Origin: Octopus sinensis
Taxonomy: Eukaryota
Assembly: GCF_006345805.1 (NCBI RefSeq)
Contig: NC_043000.1
Span: 161,262,001 to 161,326,000 of the forward strand
Direction of reading: 5' to 3'
DNA length: 64,000 nucleotides
Below the pieces are notes generated by a model. The model worked only from the letters and a program-made list of their open reading frames with translations. It was not told where the DNA came from and made no database searches. This document shows positions 13,230 to 24,910 of the stretch, in pieces. The position numbers were made by a program, and so were the translations under genes. Every line of letters begins with the position of its first letter. Position 1 is the first letter of the stretch.

Positions 13230-13323
13230 ATGGCAATAGCAGCAGTAGCAGCAGCAGTAGGAGGAGAAGAAGAACAAGAGGAAGAAGAAGAAGAAGAAGA
13301 AGAAGAAGAAGAAGAAGAAGAAG

Positions 13324-13352
<29 letters not shown>
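13230..13352. repeat. (AGC)/(GAA)n trinucleotide microsatellite
   Basis: Directly visible. Confidence 0.95.
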
Positions 13353-13354
<2 letters not shown>

Positions 13355-14589
13355 TCGAATTTAATACACATTATGCGCTGATAATGTCTACCGTGGGAGA
13401 AACGTGCATTTTGTGCAGGCCAACTCAGTCAATCTACTCATTCAGGAAACATAAGCAATGAAAAACCAATGTAAACTCAATCTCAGTTTCAATGAATTAC
13501 GAAAGAGAACGATATTACCAGCATTTTGTTAATCAGTTAGGCTCTAGTCGGAAGTGCAATACTCAGCATTATGTAATGTACTTTTTTTGAATTGTAACAA
13601 GGAAATGTGTCATATTAAAGTGTAGCAGCGGAAACAAACAAATATTTCCAATAACAATAGTGTTAGAAATCCTCCTTTAGTGGAGGTGGATTTTGCAAAA
13701 TGATCATATACTCCAAGACATAATAGTGAAAATAAATTTCACAAAGCTTATTAAACTGGACAAATGATTCGTGATTAAACTAAGCAAATGAATAAAGCAT
13801 TTATCGTTAAAGTTCCCAAAATTGTTACTCTCTTTGGGGAATGCGTAAAGATCATGAAACTCGCAGTAACAACAGAATCAATAAATACTGTAACAATTTG
13901 TGAGTAATTTCGTATCATTTATAACCAAACACAATTTAATATAAATCTATTTCTAAATAAATCATCTCTGGAAATGTTTAGAAGCAGCTGCTAATGGATA
14001 TATGATACTGCACATTGAGGTCGATAACCCCATCGTTTGTGCAGAGGTTAGGAGTATAATGCCCGAGTCTCGGTCTCCACAAAAGCAATAAACGTTTTAA
14101 AGATATTAATTTAACATACATATATCAAGCAAATATAGTAAACGTAGATTGAAATAAACGAATTAAACATATAAATTAAACATACGAATTTAAGCAAATA
14201 TATTTAAATATATGAATTTAAATGTAGAAACATTGTATGCGATTCTGTATACGAATATATTAATAATTTTCTAAAATAAATTTAATGTTATAAAAGTTGC
14301 ATAAAACCAAAAAATACAACACCGAATAATCGTTTTCATTCTAAACAATATATGTGCTCTCAATCGCTCATAAAATTATAATCTGGAAGTGTCGATTTTA
14401 TCAATTACAATAGATGAAAAATTGTATAAAACATGGAGAATATTGCTTGGAGGTCTCTCGCTGCTAGGACGACGACATCGCTTCAAACTGCAACCAAATG
14501 CAGTTGGTTTACATGTTTATACGAGCAGAGACTAAAACCTAATCAGCAGAGATTTCCACAGGTCAGACAAGGATCCAGTGAGCTGAGTA

Positions 14590-15620
14590 TTAGAGGCAAT
14601 CTAGCAGCAACTGCAGCACTCCTGGCTTGGCGTTCATTCAGCCAATAACGATGCCTGGCCCGTCATCCGTTTCGATCTGCACCAAGGGTTTCCAGATCCC
14701 TAGAAGAAATGTTTCGTTTCCATGGGATGGCAATAACATCACCATTGTATCATTTCCTCAGTTCTCCAAGTGATCGTTGACCTTCGTTCAGTTCTGCATG
14801 GGGTACAATACAGGGCAGACGGAACGGGGGCACCCCGATGAGATGGCCAGTTCAGCGAAGTCGAACGCTTGACAATAAGGTATGATTCGATACTGAAGGA
14901 GTTGCAGCTTTCAAAGATGGTTCGATGTGGAACCCTGACTTCATATGGAATATCATCCAGGATGCGTTGAAGACGCACCTGATGAGCAAGGAAACAAGAA
15001 TGTATATGTGCTTGCAGTGAACCATCCAGAATTCTGTATTACATATAAGAATGGATAAAACGATGACCAGATGTTTCTGGGGAATGGTCAGATTCTGATT
15101 GGAGAACACTCAGGTCTGGAAACAATCGAAAGCCACATATGTTAGTCAAGATGAACCCGAAGTAGGTGAACTGCGAAAAATATTGAGCGTCGCTACTAGT
15201 TTGGAGAGAGGGAACCTGAAGGCAGTGGATGGAAACCGTGTTCATACATTACTTCTCTTTACTTGATGTTAACCTCCAAACGGAGTCGTTGATGAACGTT
15301 CACTGTGGCGCCTTAGATATGTGTGCCGATTCCTGATCAGGGATTTTTAGGTCGTAGTCATCCACTTTTGTAGACACGCATCTCTGGGAGACTCTTTCCG
15401 TGAAATGGGAGATCAATCTACTAAGTTGGAGGGCTAGAATTTTTCCAGCCACAACGAGAAGAGAAATTCCGCGACTTTTTCCATAGAGGTAAGGATCACC
15501 CTTTTTGTAGTCGAGGATGTTCGCATCTTTCCACTCTTCAGGAAGAAGGTGGGTTTCCCAGGCAGCCTTGAACAGTCCCAGACGATGACTGTGCACTGCG
15601 ATGCCACCATACATATAGAT
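14590..15620 (-). mobile_element. Decayed RTE-clade LINE fragment
   Basis: PEEWKDANI..YKKGD..GKSRGISLLVVAGKILA and RTE-like C-terminal segment in ORFs 15300-15614 and 14739-14978. Confidence 0.75.
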
Positions 15621-15659
15621 TTCAGGAGAGAGACCGTCTTCAAAGAACTACTGTTATGG

Positions 15660-15960
15660 AGAGATACGCTACTCCGAGTAACCATCCCCAACTAATGGTG
15701 GCAGTTGAGCAGAATCCTTGTAAAGAACGTTTCTATCACGACTCTGGAGCCTAAGAACATTAATAATCCTTATAATGACAGGTGCATTAGGTATGGCTAA
15801 AAAGCATTCAAACAAATACATGATCAAAACACCAGAACTTACGGATGAATATAACGTACAGAAAATAACACTACTAGACATCGCACATATCTTGCACCAC
15901 AAGAGAAACCCAAGGCACATAGAGCTACTGAACAACAACAATAATAATGATAATGTAATA
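15660..15960 (+). mobile_element. 5'-truncated 3' end of an R4/Dong-like LINE ending in (AAT)n
   Basis: IIMTGALGMAKK..VQKITLLDIAHIL parallels VVIGALGMIAKG..IQKILLMGTAHIL at 8690-9112. Confidence 0.75.
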
Positions 15961-15972
15961 ATAATAATAATG

Positions 15973-16020
<48 letters not shown>

Positions 16021-16022
<2 letters not shown>

Positions 16023-16540
16023 CGTTTCTTTATTAGCGACAAGGGCCAAACAGAAGACAAAAATGGACAATACAACACTAGGGACAATTTCACTTTGCAC
16101 AAAATTCGTGTTTAAATAAACAATAATTAACAATAAAATTTAACTAGAAAATTTCCCATACAGGGGGTGTTCCCCCCAAGGCCAACCAGGGATCCTCATA
16201 CATCCTCATTTGCCCCACCACCAAGGGTACCTCACTCCTTCTCAACCTTACAAGCGTTATGTTCAGATTAGGCCCATTCACACGGGTCATTCACCCAGTA
16301 TTCATCAAAAATACAAGGCAGCAGCACTTCCTTTTCGGCCCTCTTCAGTGCTTTCAACCTCGTCCACCACATTACCTCTATTCCCATAGCTACCATAGAG
16401 AAGAAAAAACCCTGTACTTTCCGGTCAAAAGACGACGGCGTGGTGATACCGGAAACTAGACCAAAGCATGAAGAACGGTTTCATTGGTGAGAGCGCACGT
16501 CGGAAAGTCCCGTCTGGCAGTACTTCTGCGCTTGTAGAGA
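16021..16540 (-). mobile_element. 3' end of a Tx1/L1-like LINE
   Basis: Minus-strand C..NETVLHAL zinc-knuckle-like segment, 3' UTR with AATAAAGAAAC next to (ATT)n. Confidence 0.55.
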
Positions 16541-16699
16541 TTGTATTTAACTAGCAGAGACCCCCCTGGCAATATTACCAGGCCAGGAATTACTGCAATT
16601 TGCCCGTAGGTGCGTAGCCCAATAATAATAATAACAATAACAATAACAATAATAGCAATTTTGTTGTTGCTGCTGTTGTTTGAATCTCAAGATGCGACC

Positions 16700-17060
16700 C
16701 TTATTATTAAACCTAGTAGGAAAGTTGTTGGCCTTGGATGAGAAGGGGTGCCTTCAGGTTAGTAGCAGTTTATGCTCCGTGAGATATGGACAGGGAGATC
16801 CCTTCTTACGTTTAGCTTTCGAAGGAAAATCTCATTCTTAATGCTATTGGATGAGTAGAACGTCATTTTAGATGCAACTTAAGATTCTGCAGGCTTAGCT
16901 GAGAGTAGGTGGGTGCTAAAGTATCGAAAATCTACTTTGGCCAGCTGTAAGGTTACGACTGAATTTCCTAAATGTACCAATATGTCCATGGTTACACCGT
17001 ATCAGGTCTTCCAGATCATATCTAGATAGAATATTATGTTGGCCAGTAGATAAAGAAACT
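16700..17060 (+). mobile_element. Tx1/L1-like endonuclease fragment
   Basis: SSRSYLDRILC at ~17000-17045 matches the SSRSYIDRIL motif of 11870-12950. Confidence 0.5.
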
Positions 17061-18167
17061 ATACGTTGTCTATATTTTAAAATCATTTGTCTCAGGGTAG
17101 AATTTTTGTATTACTTCTGTACACCACATATTCTGTACTTATATTTTATTCGTTGTTTTATACATTTTCCAGGGAATCAAAACTCTTCAAAACCATGGGT
17201 TTAATCTGGGGTTTTCAGCCAGCGTTAGACATTTTCTTATGCATTCCTGCATTGCCGAGACCTACCGGTTATTGGTCATATAGGGCAATTTTATCATCTC
17301 GTTTGTTGGGCACTTCATAGTGTCATTACCATTTTCTCATATCCAATAGCTTCTCTTAGTGTCTCTCCACTCTTCTCAAAGTACTCTGCTTTTATCTTAC
17401 TCTCTACGTTGTATTTGTTGGTTTCCTTCAAAAGAGAAAACTCTTTTATTTTGTTCACTACTCTTTTACTTTAGCTATTTCCATTTGTTTGCGATTACTC
17501 TTCAACGTGTATTTTTTTATAGTCGTACAATAGATATCTTATAATAATAATTATCTAGTCGGAAAAAAAATCTGATCATTCCGTTGTTCAAAGTAAATAT
17601 ATGTATATGTCGAATTTTCTGTTATGTATTCCAAATGCAATAATTTATTTCGATATAGGAGCTGTCTAGTCGTGCTAATTCAATTAGCTTCTGTTCGAGA
17701 ATTTTATAACTCTAACGTATTAGTGAAACAGTTGCAGCTTTGATAACGATTACCTTTGTTTTGGCATTTAACTTTGTGTGACAATTAATTTAATACAACC
17801 ATTATATCTTATTTCTTTCTAATCTGCTTTCATTCGTTTTCTCGATTACGTTCTCTAAGTCTGCATTCAATGTAATTCTATTATCCATGTTTCTTTATCT
17901 GACATGACATTACTTGTTTGTGTGTTCGTTCGAATTATTTTCCTCTCTTAGAAGGCTAGCTTCGGGCATTTTGTAAACAGAATTCCATGCTACTCTCCCC
18001 GCTGAATCCGTGTATAATATGTAAAGCGGTTAAAGAGTTCTTGTTTCGCACATGATTTGAGTTGCTTTAAACAGAAGAAATTCTTGATTGTCGTTTCATA
18101 TCACTTGTTCCGTACAGTTTCTGGGTTTGTATGGGTTAAAAGAGTCACCTGGCTAACATCTTAAATA

Positions 18168-19444
18168 TTGGGTTGGCAGCGAAGTTACCGCCGTTTTCTT
18201 TTTAATTTTGGAATTTATTGCGTTTTATAAATTTTGGAATCTATTCTTTTCGAATATTCTATTTTGTTTTTTTGTTTTTTTCTCGTAAATTGTAGTTAAT
18301 TTTTCTTTATTTCAGATCATTAAAATGGAATGTCAAGTTAAGAAAAACGATCATTTTTTAAAACGTCTTTTTGCATTTAATCAAGGTTCTAAGGCCGCAA
18401 AAGCTGCTCGCGAGATTTGTGCTGTGTATGGAGAGGGTGTCATACTTGAAAGAACCGCTCGGGGTTGGTATGCCAAGTTCAAACATGGAAATTGTGACCT
18501 CAAAGTCGCACCTCGTTCTGGCCGTCCAGTTGAGTTCGATGAAGACCGATTAAACCAACTTTTGCACGAAAATTCTCGTCAAACGACAAGGGAACTGGCA
18601 GAGAAAATGGAATGCTCCCACATTACTGTAGAGAAGCATCTTTACTCGATGGGAAAGGTTCAAAAGTATGGGGCATGGGTTCCTCATGCTTTAAGTGACA
18701 ACCACAAAAATCAATGAGCCACAATCTCCACTGGTTTGCTTGCTCGTCACCGCTCAACTCATGGACACAAGCAACGATTTCTTTACCGAATCGTTACTGG
18801 CGACAAAAAATGGTGCCTGTACATCAATATGAAGCAGCGTAAGGAATGGCTTAGCCCCGGTAAACAAGCGACACCACACGTGAAACAAGAGCCTCATCCC
18901 CGTAAAACGATGTTGTGCGTATGGTGGGACTGGAAAGGGATTATCGATTACGAATTGCTTGAAGGGAACCAAACGATCAAGGCGGAACTCTATGTTCAAC
19001 AGATGGAACGACTCAACACGGCTATTCAAGAGAAGAGACCTAATCGTCAACATGGAGTTCTTCTGCTGCACGACAACGCCCGCCCTCATATCGCCAATAT
19101 GACCGAGGAAGCCATTCAAATGCATAGCTGAGAAGTGCTGCCACATCCGCCGTACTCTCCTGATTTGGCACCAACGGATTTCCACCTCTTTCGATCTCTT
19201 TCATATGTTATGCGCGGAGTTTCGGTCAATACTGATGCAGAATTGAGAGCTTGGTTGGATCAATTTTTCGAGTCGAAATCGGGTGATTTCTACCAACGAG
19301 GTATTGAAAATCTTGTTGAACGTTGGGAAGAAGTTGTAAACAACAAGGGTGAATACATTACTGATTAATTAGTTGCTATTCTATATTAAACCCTGTAAAA
19401 AAATTTAATTTATGGAAACGGTGGGAACTTAGTTGCCAACCCAA
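18168..19444 (+). mobile_element. Full-length mariner (DD34D) transposon
   Basis: TIRs TTGGGTTGGCA..AAGTT..C.CCGTTT at both ends, TA duplication at 18166-67 and 19445-46, 1277 bp. Confidence 0.95.
18325..19368 (+). pseudogene. Mariner transposase with two in-frame stops
   Basis: WVPHAL, VTGD, HDNARPH, YSPDLAPTD (34 residues between the last two D); all three ORF pieces share one frame; TGA at 18715-17 and 19129-31. Confidence 0.93.
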
Positions 19445-20442
19445 TACACTACTAGAATACACCGCCAAATTGCTTCCGGTAATTAATCCAATGTATGCTA
19501 AAATATTTTCTCATCTTTCGCTTTTTTATTATGGTTCTGTTTTTTCAGTGATTGATCTCTGCATTCATATGTCCGTACAGCATCAAATTGTCTAATGTAT
19601 TTATGTAGCCTGTATCGACAATTTGTGTAGCTTGTATCGATGCACGATTTAAGTTTTGGTGTTTCTGCAGCATTGTGTAGATATCTTGTATTCCGTCGTG
19701 AACCGCTGAGAGGATTTCAGTAGATCGCTCCAAACTTAGCGAGTACTTTTTGGATAGCGTTTAGATAATTCAACAACATCTTTTGAAAGTTCTACCTTTG
19801 AAAGTAATTTTAGTTGCCCATATTACATACTACAAGAGTTTCAGATTTGTTCTGCAATAGCACCTGTTATCTTTGCATTCCTGATTTTTATACTCCATAT
19901 CCCTTTCTGTACAGTTGTTATAAAACATAGTTATCTCGGTATCGAAACCAGATTAATTTCTGTTTTGTTCTTAGCTAGTTCTTGGTAAAATCGTTTTGGG
20001 TTGAAGTCAAATTATTTGTTTTGTTCAAAGAACGGTTAGCACTATTTTCATAATAGCAGATTCTTAGACGCTCTTTGTTTTGAGGTAATTATTTTGCTAT
20101 GTTCTACTTCTGTAGTATGTTGTATTTGTGTATTGCTATTCATAATTTAATAAAGGACTGAAGGACGGAAAACTTTTCTCGCGTATATTTTCACTGTATG
20201 TTTGTTTTCAACGTAGCTTTTTCTAGTTTAGGTGTTTAATTTTAGTAAATTTCAGAAAGAAAACATATTCTTTGTGAATTGTATTATTGCTATATTATCA
20301 TTGCTATATTTGATTTACCCTGGCTATATTGAAGCTTTACGATTGCATAATATACGCTTTGTTTCTTATTGTTATATTGATGCTAAATTTTACTTTTGGT
20401 AGAGTTTGTTTTTATTGCTATCTACAGAGAATTTCCTATATA

Positions 20443-21150
20443 TACAAGGTGCATTCCAGAAGTTTTCAGGATTTGTCAGAGGAGTGTTTTATTAAATTCA
20501 AAGTACACAATCTTCTTCAAAGTACACTTTGACTTCAGTACACTTATTGTAGTGCACCAGCCACTTCGTCAAGGCCTCGTGGAAATCGTCCGAGGTGAAA
20601 GTGTTCAAGACTCTAGTCATTGCATCTTTCATCTTTAGAATGACTTTCCCTTAGGTCCGCCTTCAGCCTGGGGAACAACCAAATGTCACAGGGAGAGTGG
20701 CCTAGAATGTTGAGGGTAAAGGATAGTGTTGATACCCATCTCTGTCAGGTAGTTGGCTATCTGGTTGCGTGTCACTGAACACACTGAGTATAAACTTTGC
20801 ACAAATGTTGCGCATGCTCAGAACTTCATGAATAATTCTGTGCGCAGTTACCACAACAAGGCCAAACTGTATCCTTATTATCTTTAAAGACACACGACGG
20901 TCTTCACCCAGAAAATTACGAATTTTCTCAAACGTCACCATCCAACACTTCTCATCATCTCTCACCTCTTTTTCTCTACCATCCTTGAACAACTTGTGTC
21001 AGTCAAAAAATGTAATCCATAAGAAGCCTGGAGCATTTCATTAGTTTCTGAAACGTTTTGCCAAGTTTAGCACAAAAATTTACTGCATAGGGAAATTCCG
21101 AACATCACAACTGCATTCCGCAAACTAGTCATCTGTAAAAAGCAGTGTTT
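20443..21150 (-). mobile_element. Internally deleted mariner relic
   Basis: N-terminal HTH (FCAKLGK; EDRRVS..MRNICAKF) joined to C-terminus (PCDIWLFPRLK..YNKC); catalytic core missing; TIR at ~20443. Confidence 0.75.
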
Positions 21151-21339
21151 AATAAGATGTGTTCAAAGTATTGTTACAGCCGTCTCCTTCAATCTGGAAT
21201 AAGAAAACTTGATGGATAAGCTTATTGGAGGTATAAACATAATATATTATTATTACAAAAATCTAAGATAGATGTAATTGCCTCTCCTAAAAAAAGATAT
21301 GTCTCAAATCTTTAGGAATGCACCTCGTAGGTTAACACT

Positions 21340-21885
21340 TCAATGAAGATTATCATCACTGGTGATGAGACAAGGGCTTATGAGACAAGTTCCACTCATC
21401 CCAATAGAAACATCACCAAGGCCCAAAACAGCAATTTGAAGGTAATGTTGACCTATTTCTTCGACCAAAAAATCATTAAGGAATACTACATGGAGGTTAT
21501 ACGTCGCCTTCGTGGTGTTTTGTGTCGAAAGCGGTCCAGACATATGGGCAGCGAAGAAATGGCAACTTCACCACGACAATGCACCCGCTCTTCCACCCAC
21601 ATAATCCAAACTTTCCTGGTCAAGAACAACACACCACTTGCTCGACAGTGAAAGAAACACTGAAAGGGAAGCGATTTCAGCCACGGGAGGAAAATGAGAA
21701 AAACGACGGTGAAGCTCCATAGCATTTCAGTGAATGAGTTCCAGAGGTGTTGCCAGAAGTGCCAGGACTGTGGGGAGAAGCATGTAAACTCTCAATGGGA
21801 TTATTATGAAGGTGAGTAAATAAACTTGTGAAATGTAGAAAATAACTTCCATTACGCGGACACTCTTTGAGCGCGCCTCGTATAT
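21340..21885 (+). mobile_element. Mariner relic, catalytic and C-terminal part with right TIR
   Basis: IITGDET, KVMLTYFFD, EYYMEVIRRLR; ends GAGCGCGCCTCG-TA. Confidence 0.7.
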
Positions 21886-22945
21886 AACTATATCTATCAA
21901 TACAGCTTTCTGTATCTGTCTGTCTGTATGTATGTATGTGTGTATTCTTGCCGTTTAAGCACTATGTGAAGTCATATTAGTGTTGGAATAATAATATCTT
22001 ATCAGATATGCATACATTTGTGCACCTTGCATTAGAGTATGAACGACATGTTTATATGTTTTCGATTTATTCTGTTTGTATCAATTGTGCTACCAACGGT
22101 CAACTCGATAATACTGATACGGTCACTGAGATAAAACAACGTTTAATTAACCCTCCTAAAATATGAAGAGACGATTGTGTTATCAGGATGACCTGAATAT
22201 AGGCTAGTGACTCCTCGAACAAGGTCATAGTCGTTAAAATGAGGAAGACCTTGAAGTTCATGTTACAAGTATTTCTGTTTGTCAATATGACATTTTTTAG
22301 ACATTTTTTTTTTGTTAGAGCAGACAACATTAATAGCAAATTCAACTCAATCTTCTCTATTCTTCTTTATCTAAACTCTACACCAAATGGTCTATCATAA
22401 GGTTTTTTTGGGTGCTAATTTCAGTTTAATCAGTAATATAAAATATCACAACTTATAGCTGCAGAGAAAAGCCATACTATAAATAAAAAGCAGAATGTTT
22501 AGGGTTAAATGTTTGACCTTATCAACTGCAATCTACAAGATAGAACGTGATGTAGTATGTCTGTAACAATGACTGGAATTAGAGAACTTCATACATTCGC
22601 GATTTTGTTCAGAGACATAACTTAAATCCAATGTGAGTTTGCTGTAAGAGTCTAATACAGAAAATAGAAAACTGAATTGCCTACACATTCAATTTAAATG
22701 CAGAGGGACAGTTACAAGCAAACTGCACCCTCGTCAGTTTAACTCTGATATCATTACTTCCAACTGTACGTTCTAACTATACCTGTACACCTTTAGAGTT
22801 AAAGTGATGTTCTTATTGATAGTTATGTTCGTGTCACCATATCACTTCCTATACCTACAATACATTCTAAGTTCCTTTCAACTTTGAAAAGTTATTTGAT
22901 TGCTGTAAACTTCTAATAAGTATGTGCAATGGAAAACAATCTTAC

Positions 22946-22965
22946 AAGAACTGTTCTATTGTAGC
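22946..22965 (-). CDS. Candidate 20-nt micro-exon (GYNRTVL)
   Basis: ctcaattAG acceptor and GTAAGA donor; phase 1 to 0 bridges 24263-24290 and 630-697. Confidence 0.35.
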
Positions 22966-23199
22966 CTAATTGAGAACATTCTGTACACTATAGTCCATAG
23001 TCCATGTATTCGAATGTAGGCTATTTGTAGTAAAGTATGTCCTACTTAAAAAGTGAACTACATATGGTCTTCTATTGCGCCTAGCTGTTTATATTAATTT
23101 TCAATACACACATTATGATTTCGCTAAATCAGCCATGAATTTATATGGTACATATATATACTAACAAATCGATGTAGACAAACTCTCCGAGCGACGGAG

Positions 23200-23244
23200 T
23201 AGTCAATACTGACGAGTCTACGACTGATAGACGAAACTAATGTA
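23200..23244 (+). ncRNA. Hammerhead-like motif lacking helix I
   Basis: TAGTC-AATA-CTGACGA-GTCTA(cgactga)TAGAC-GAAACTA; core and helix II intact. Confidence 0.4.
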
Positions 23245-23444
23245 GCTCAGAGATCTTAGCTTCGTTTATCTCCCTTGTCAGTGAATACATATTGTGCTCT
23301 TCATACAGCATTAAGAGTTTTAACTCTTATTTCTTGCAATACAGGTGCTATTCAACGCCCTCAGTCACAGTTAGTGACGATCGTATATATATACATATAT
23401 GTGTGTGTGTATATCTGTGCGTGTGTGTCTGTGTATGTGTGTGT

Positions 23445-23690
23445 GAGGGCGCATGACTAAAGTGGTTAGGGTCTTGCACTCGTGGTCGGTAGATCGTGAT
23501 TTCATGTCCTTGACCGGGTGGTGCGTTGTGCTCTTGAGCAAAACACTTCATCACGACTTGATGGAGAATGTGGGCTAATGTGAAGCACGAGCATTTCTGT
23601 CACTATAAACAAATCATTTGTGCAGGTCGTCTGGCAAAAGCGAAATGCTCTACGTCGTCTTTTACGGGAGGGTCCGTCATATATGTGTAT
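23445..23690 (+). mobile_element. tRNA-derived SINE (family C), decayed
   Basis: GGGCGCATGACTAAAGTGGTTAGGG head followed by CORE-like TGTGCTCTTGAGCAAAACACTT. Confidence 0.6.
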
Positions 23691-23744
23691 GTATGTGTGT
23701 GTGTGTGTGTGTGTGTGCCTGTGTGTGTATGTGCCTGTGTGTGT

Positions 23745-24094
23745 GGTAGTAGCTGTAGTAGTAGTAGTAGTAACAGCAGTAGTAGTAGTAGTAGTAGCAG
23801 CAGCAGAAGCAGCAGCGGTAGTAGCAGTAGTATTGTGGTGGTGGTGGTAGTAGTAGTAGCAGCAGCAGAAGCAGCAGCGGTAGGAGTAGTAGTATTGTGG
23901 TGGTGGTAGTAGTGGTAGTAGCAGCAGCAGCGGTAGTAGTAGTAGTAGTAGTAGTAGTAGTATTGTGGTGGTAGTAGTAGCAGCAGCAGAAGCAGCAGCG
24001 GTAGTAGTAGTAGTAGTAGTATTGTGGTGGCGGTGGTAGTAGTAGTAGTAGCAGCAGCAGAAGCAGCAGCGGTAGTAGTAGTAGTATTGTGGTG

Positions 24095-24146
<52 letters not shown>

Positions 24147-24246
24147 CAGCAGCATTGGTAATAGTAGTAGTAGTAGTAGTAGTAGCAGCAGCAGCAGCAG
24201 CATTGGTAATAGTAGTAGTAGTAGTAGTAGTAGTAGTAGCAGTAGT
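23745..24246. repeat. Higher-order GTA/GTG/GCA trinucleotide repeat array
   Basis: Unit (GTA)n-TT-(GTG)n-(GTA)n-(GCA)n-GAA-GCAGCAGCG repeated about 5-6 times. Confidence 0.9.
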
Positions 24247-24262
24247 AAATAATTTTACTCAC

Positions 24263-24290
24263 CTTGTAGTCTATAGAAATTTCTGATCAG
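24263..24290 (-). CDS. Candidate 28-nt exon (LIRNFYRLQ)
   Basis: Acceptor tttctattccactctcccaAG with GCTAAT branch-like site; donor AAG|GTGAGT. Confidence 0.55.
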
Positions 24291-24380
24291 CTTGGGAGAG
24301 TGGAATAGAAATTGTACATTCATTAGCATAACATCGTAGACACTTTTATTTGATTTCAGTATCAGATATTTTGAACTCAC

Positions 24381-24390
24381 CAATGGCAAT
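24381..24390 (-). CDS. Candidate 10-nt micro-exon (ATTGCCATTG)
   Basis: ttgtcccacAG acceptor, TTG|GTGAGT donor, 90-nt intron to the next exon; phases fit both neighbours. Confidence 0.5.
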
Positions 24391-24509
24391 CTGTGGGACA
24401 AATCACATATATTTTCTATTTACCGTTATGGGGAAAATATATTTTTATTCAATGATTCCGACATTTATGACTCAGTTGTAAGAAAGCTTCAAGTAATAGC
24501 ATCTTCAAA

Positions 24510-24910
24510 GTTTGGTACAATGCCAGCAATTTTGGGAGAGTGATAAGTCAATTATATCGACCAAGTGATCGTCTAATATTTTTTCATCGACCCTGAAAAA
24601 TGAAAGGCAAATCCCACCTCAGTGACATTTTGTCCGGCATGCTAACGACTGTGTCAACTTGGCGCCTTGTCTCTCTATAATATTGGTTTCAAGTATTGGC
24701 ACAAAGCAATTTCAGGGGAGAGGCAAGTCGATTAAATCGACGCTAGTGCTCAACTACTACTTATTTTATCCATTGGAACTTATTTTGTCGATTCCGAAAG
24801 AATGAAAAGCAAAATCAATCCCGGCAGCGTTTGAACTCAAACTTAAAATCTGAAAAAATACCGCTAATCACGTTTTCTCGGAGAGGTAACCCTTCTGCCA
24901 GTATACTGCC
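24510..24910 (-). mobile_element. Two adjacent decayed SINE family B copies
   Basis: CATCGACCCTGAAAAATGAAAGGCAAA and TCGATTCCGAAAGAATGAAAAGCAAA motifs shared with 9630-9835. Confidence 0.65.

Larger units (their letters stand above)
17060..20200 (-). mobile_element. Old R4/Dong-like LINE interrupted by a mariner
   Basis: Minus-strand remnants in Dong order: NPKRFYQELAKNK (~20000), WINYRKQF (~19470), QGDS (~18150), NAKTKVIVIKA (~17760), KCLTLAE (~17230). Confidence 0.55.

Noticed and set aside
23502-24262. Long ORFs such as 23502-24203 and 23603-24262
   Set aside because: Translations of trinucleotide repeats with shifting register; the same applies to the many poly-YI, VC, L and N ORFs in the track.
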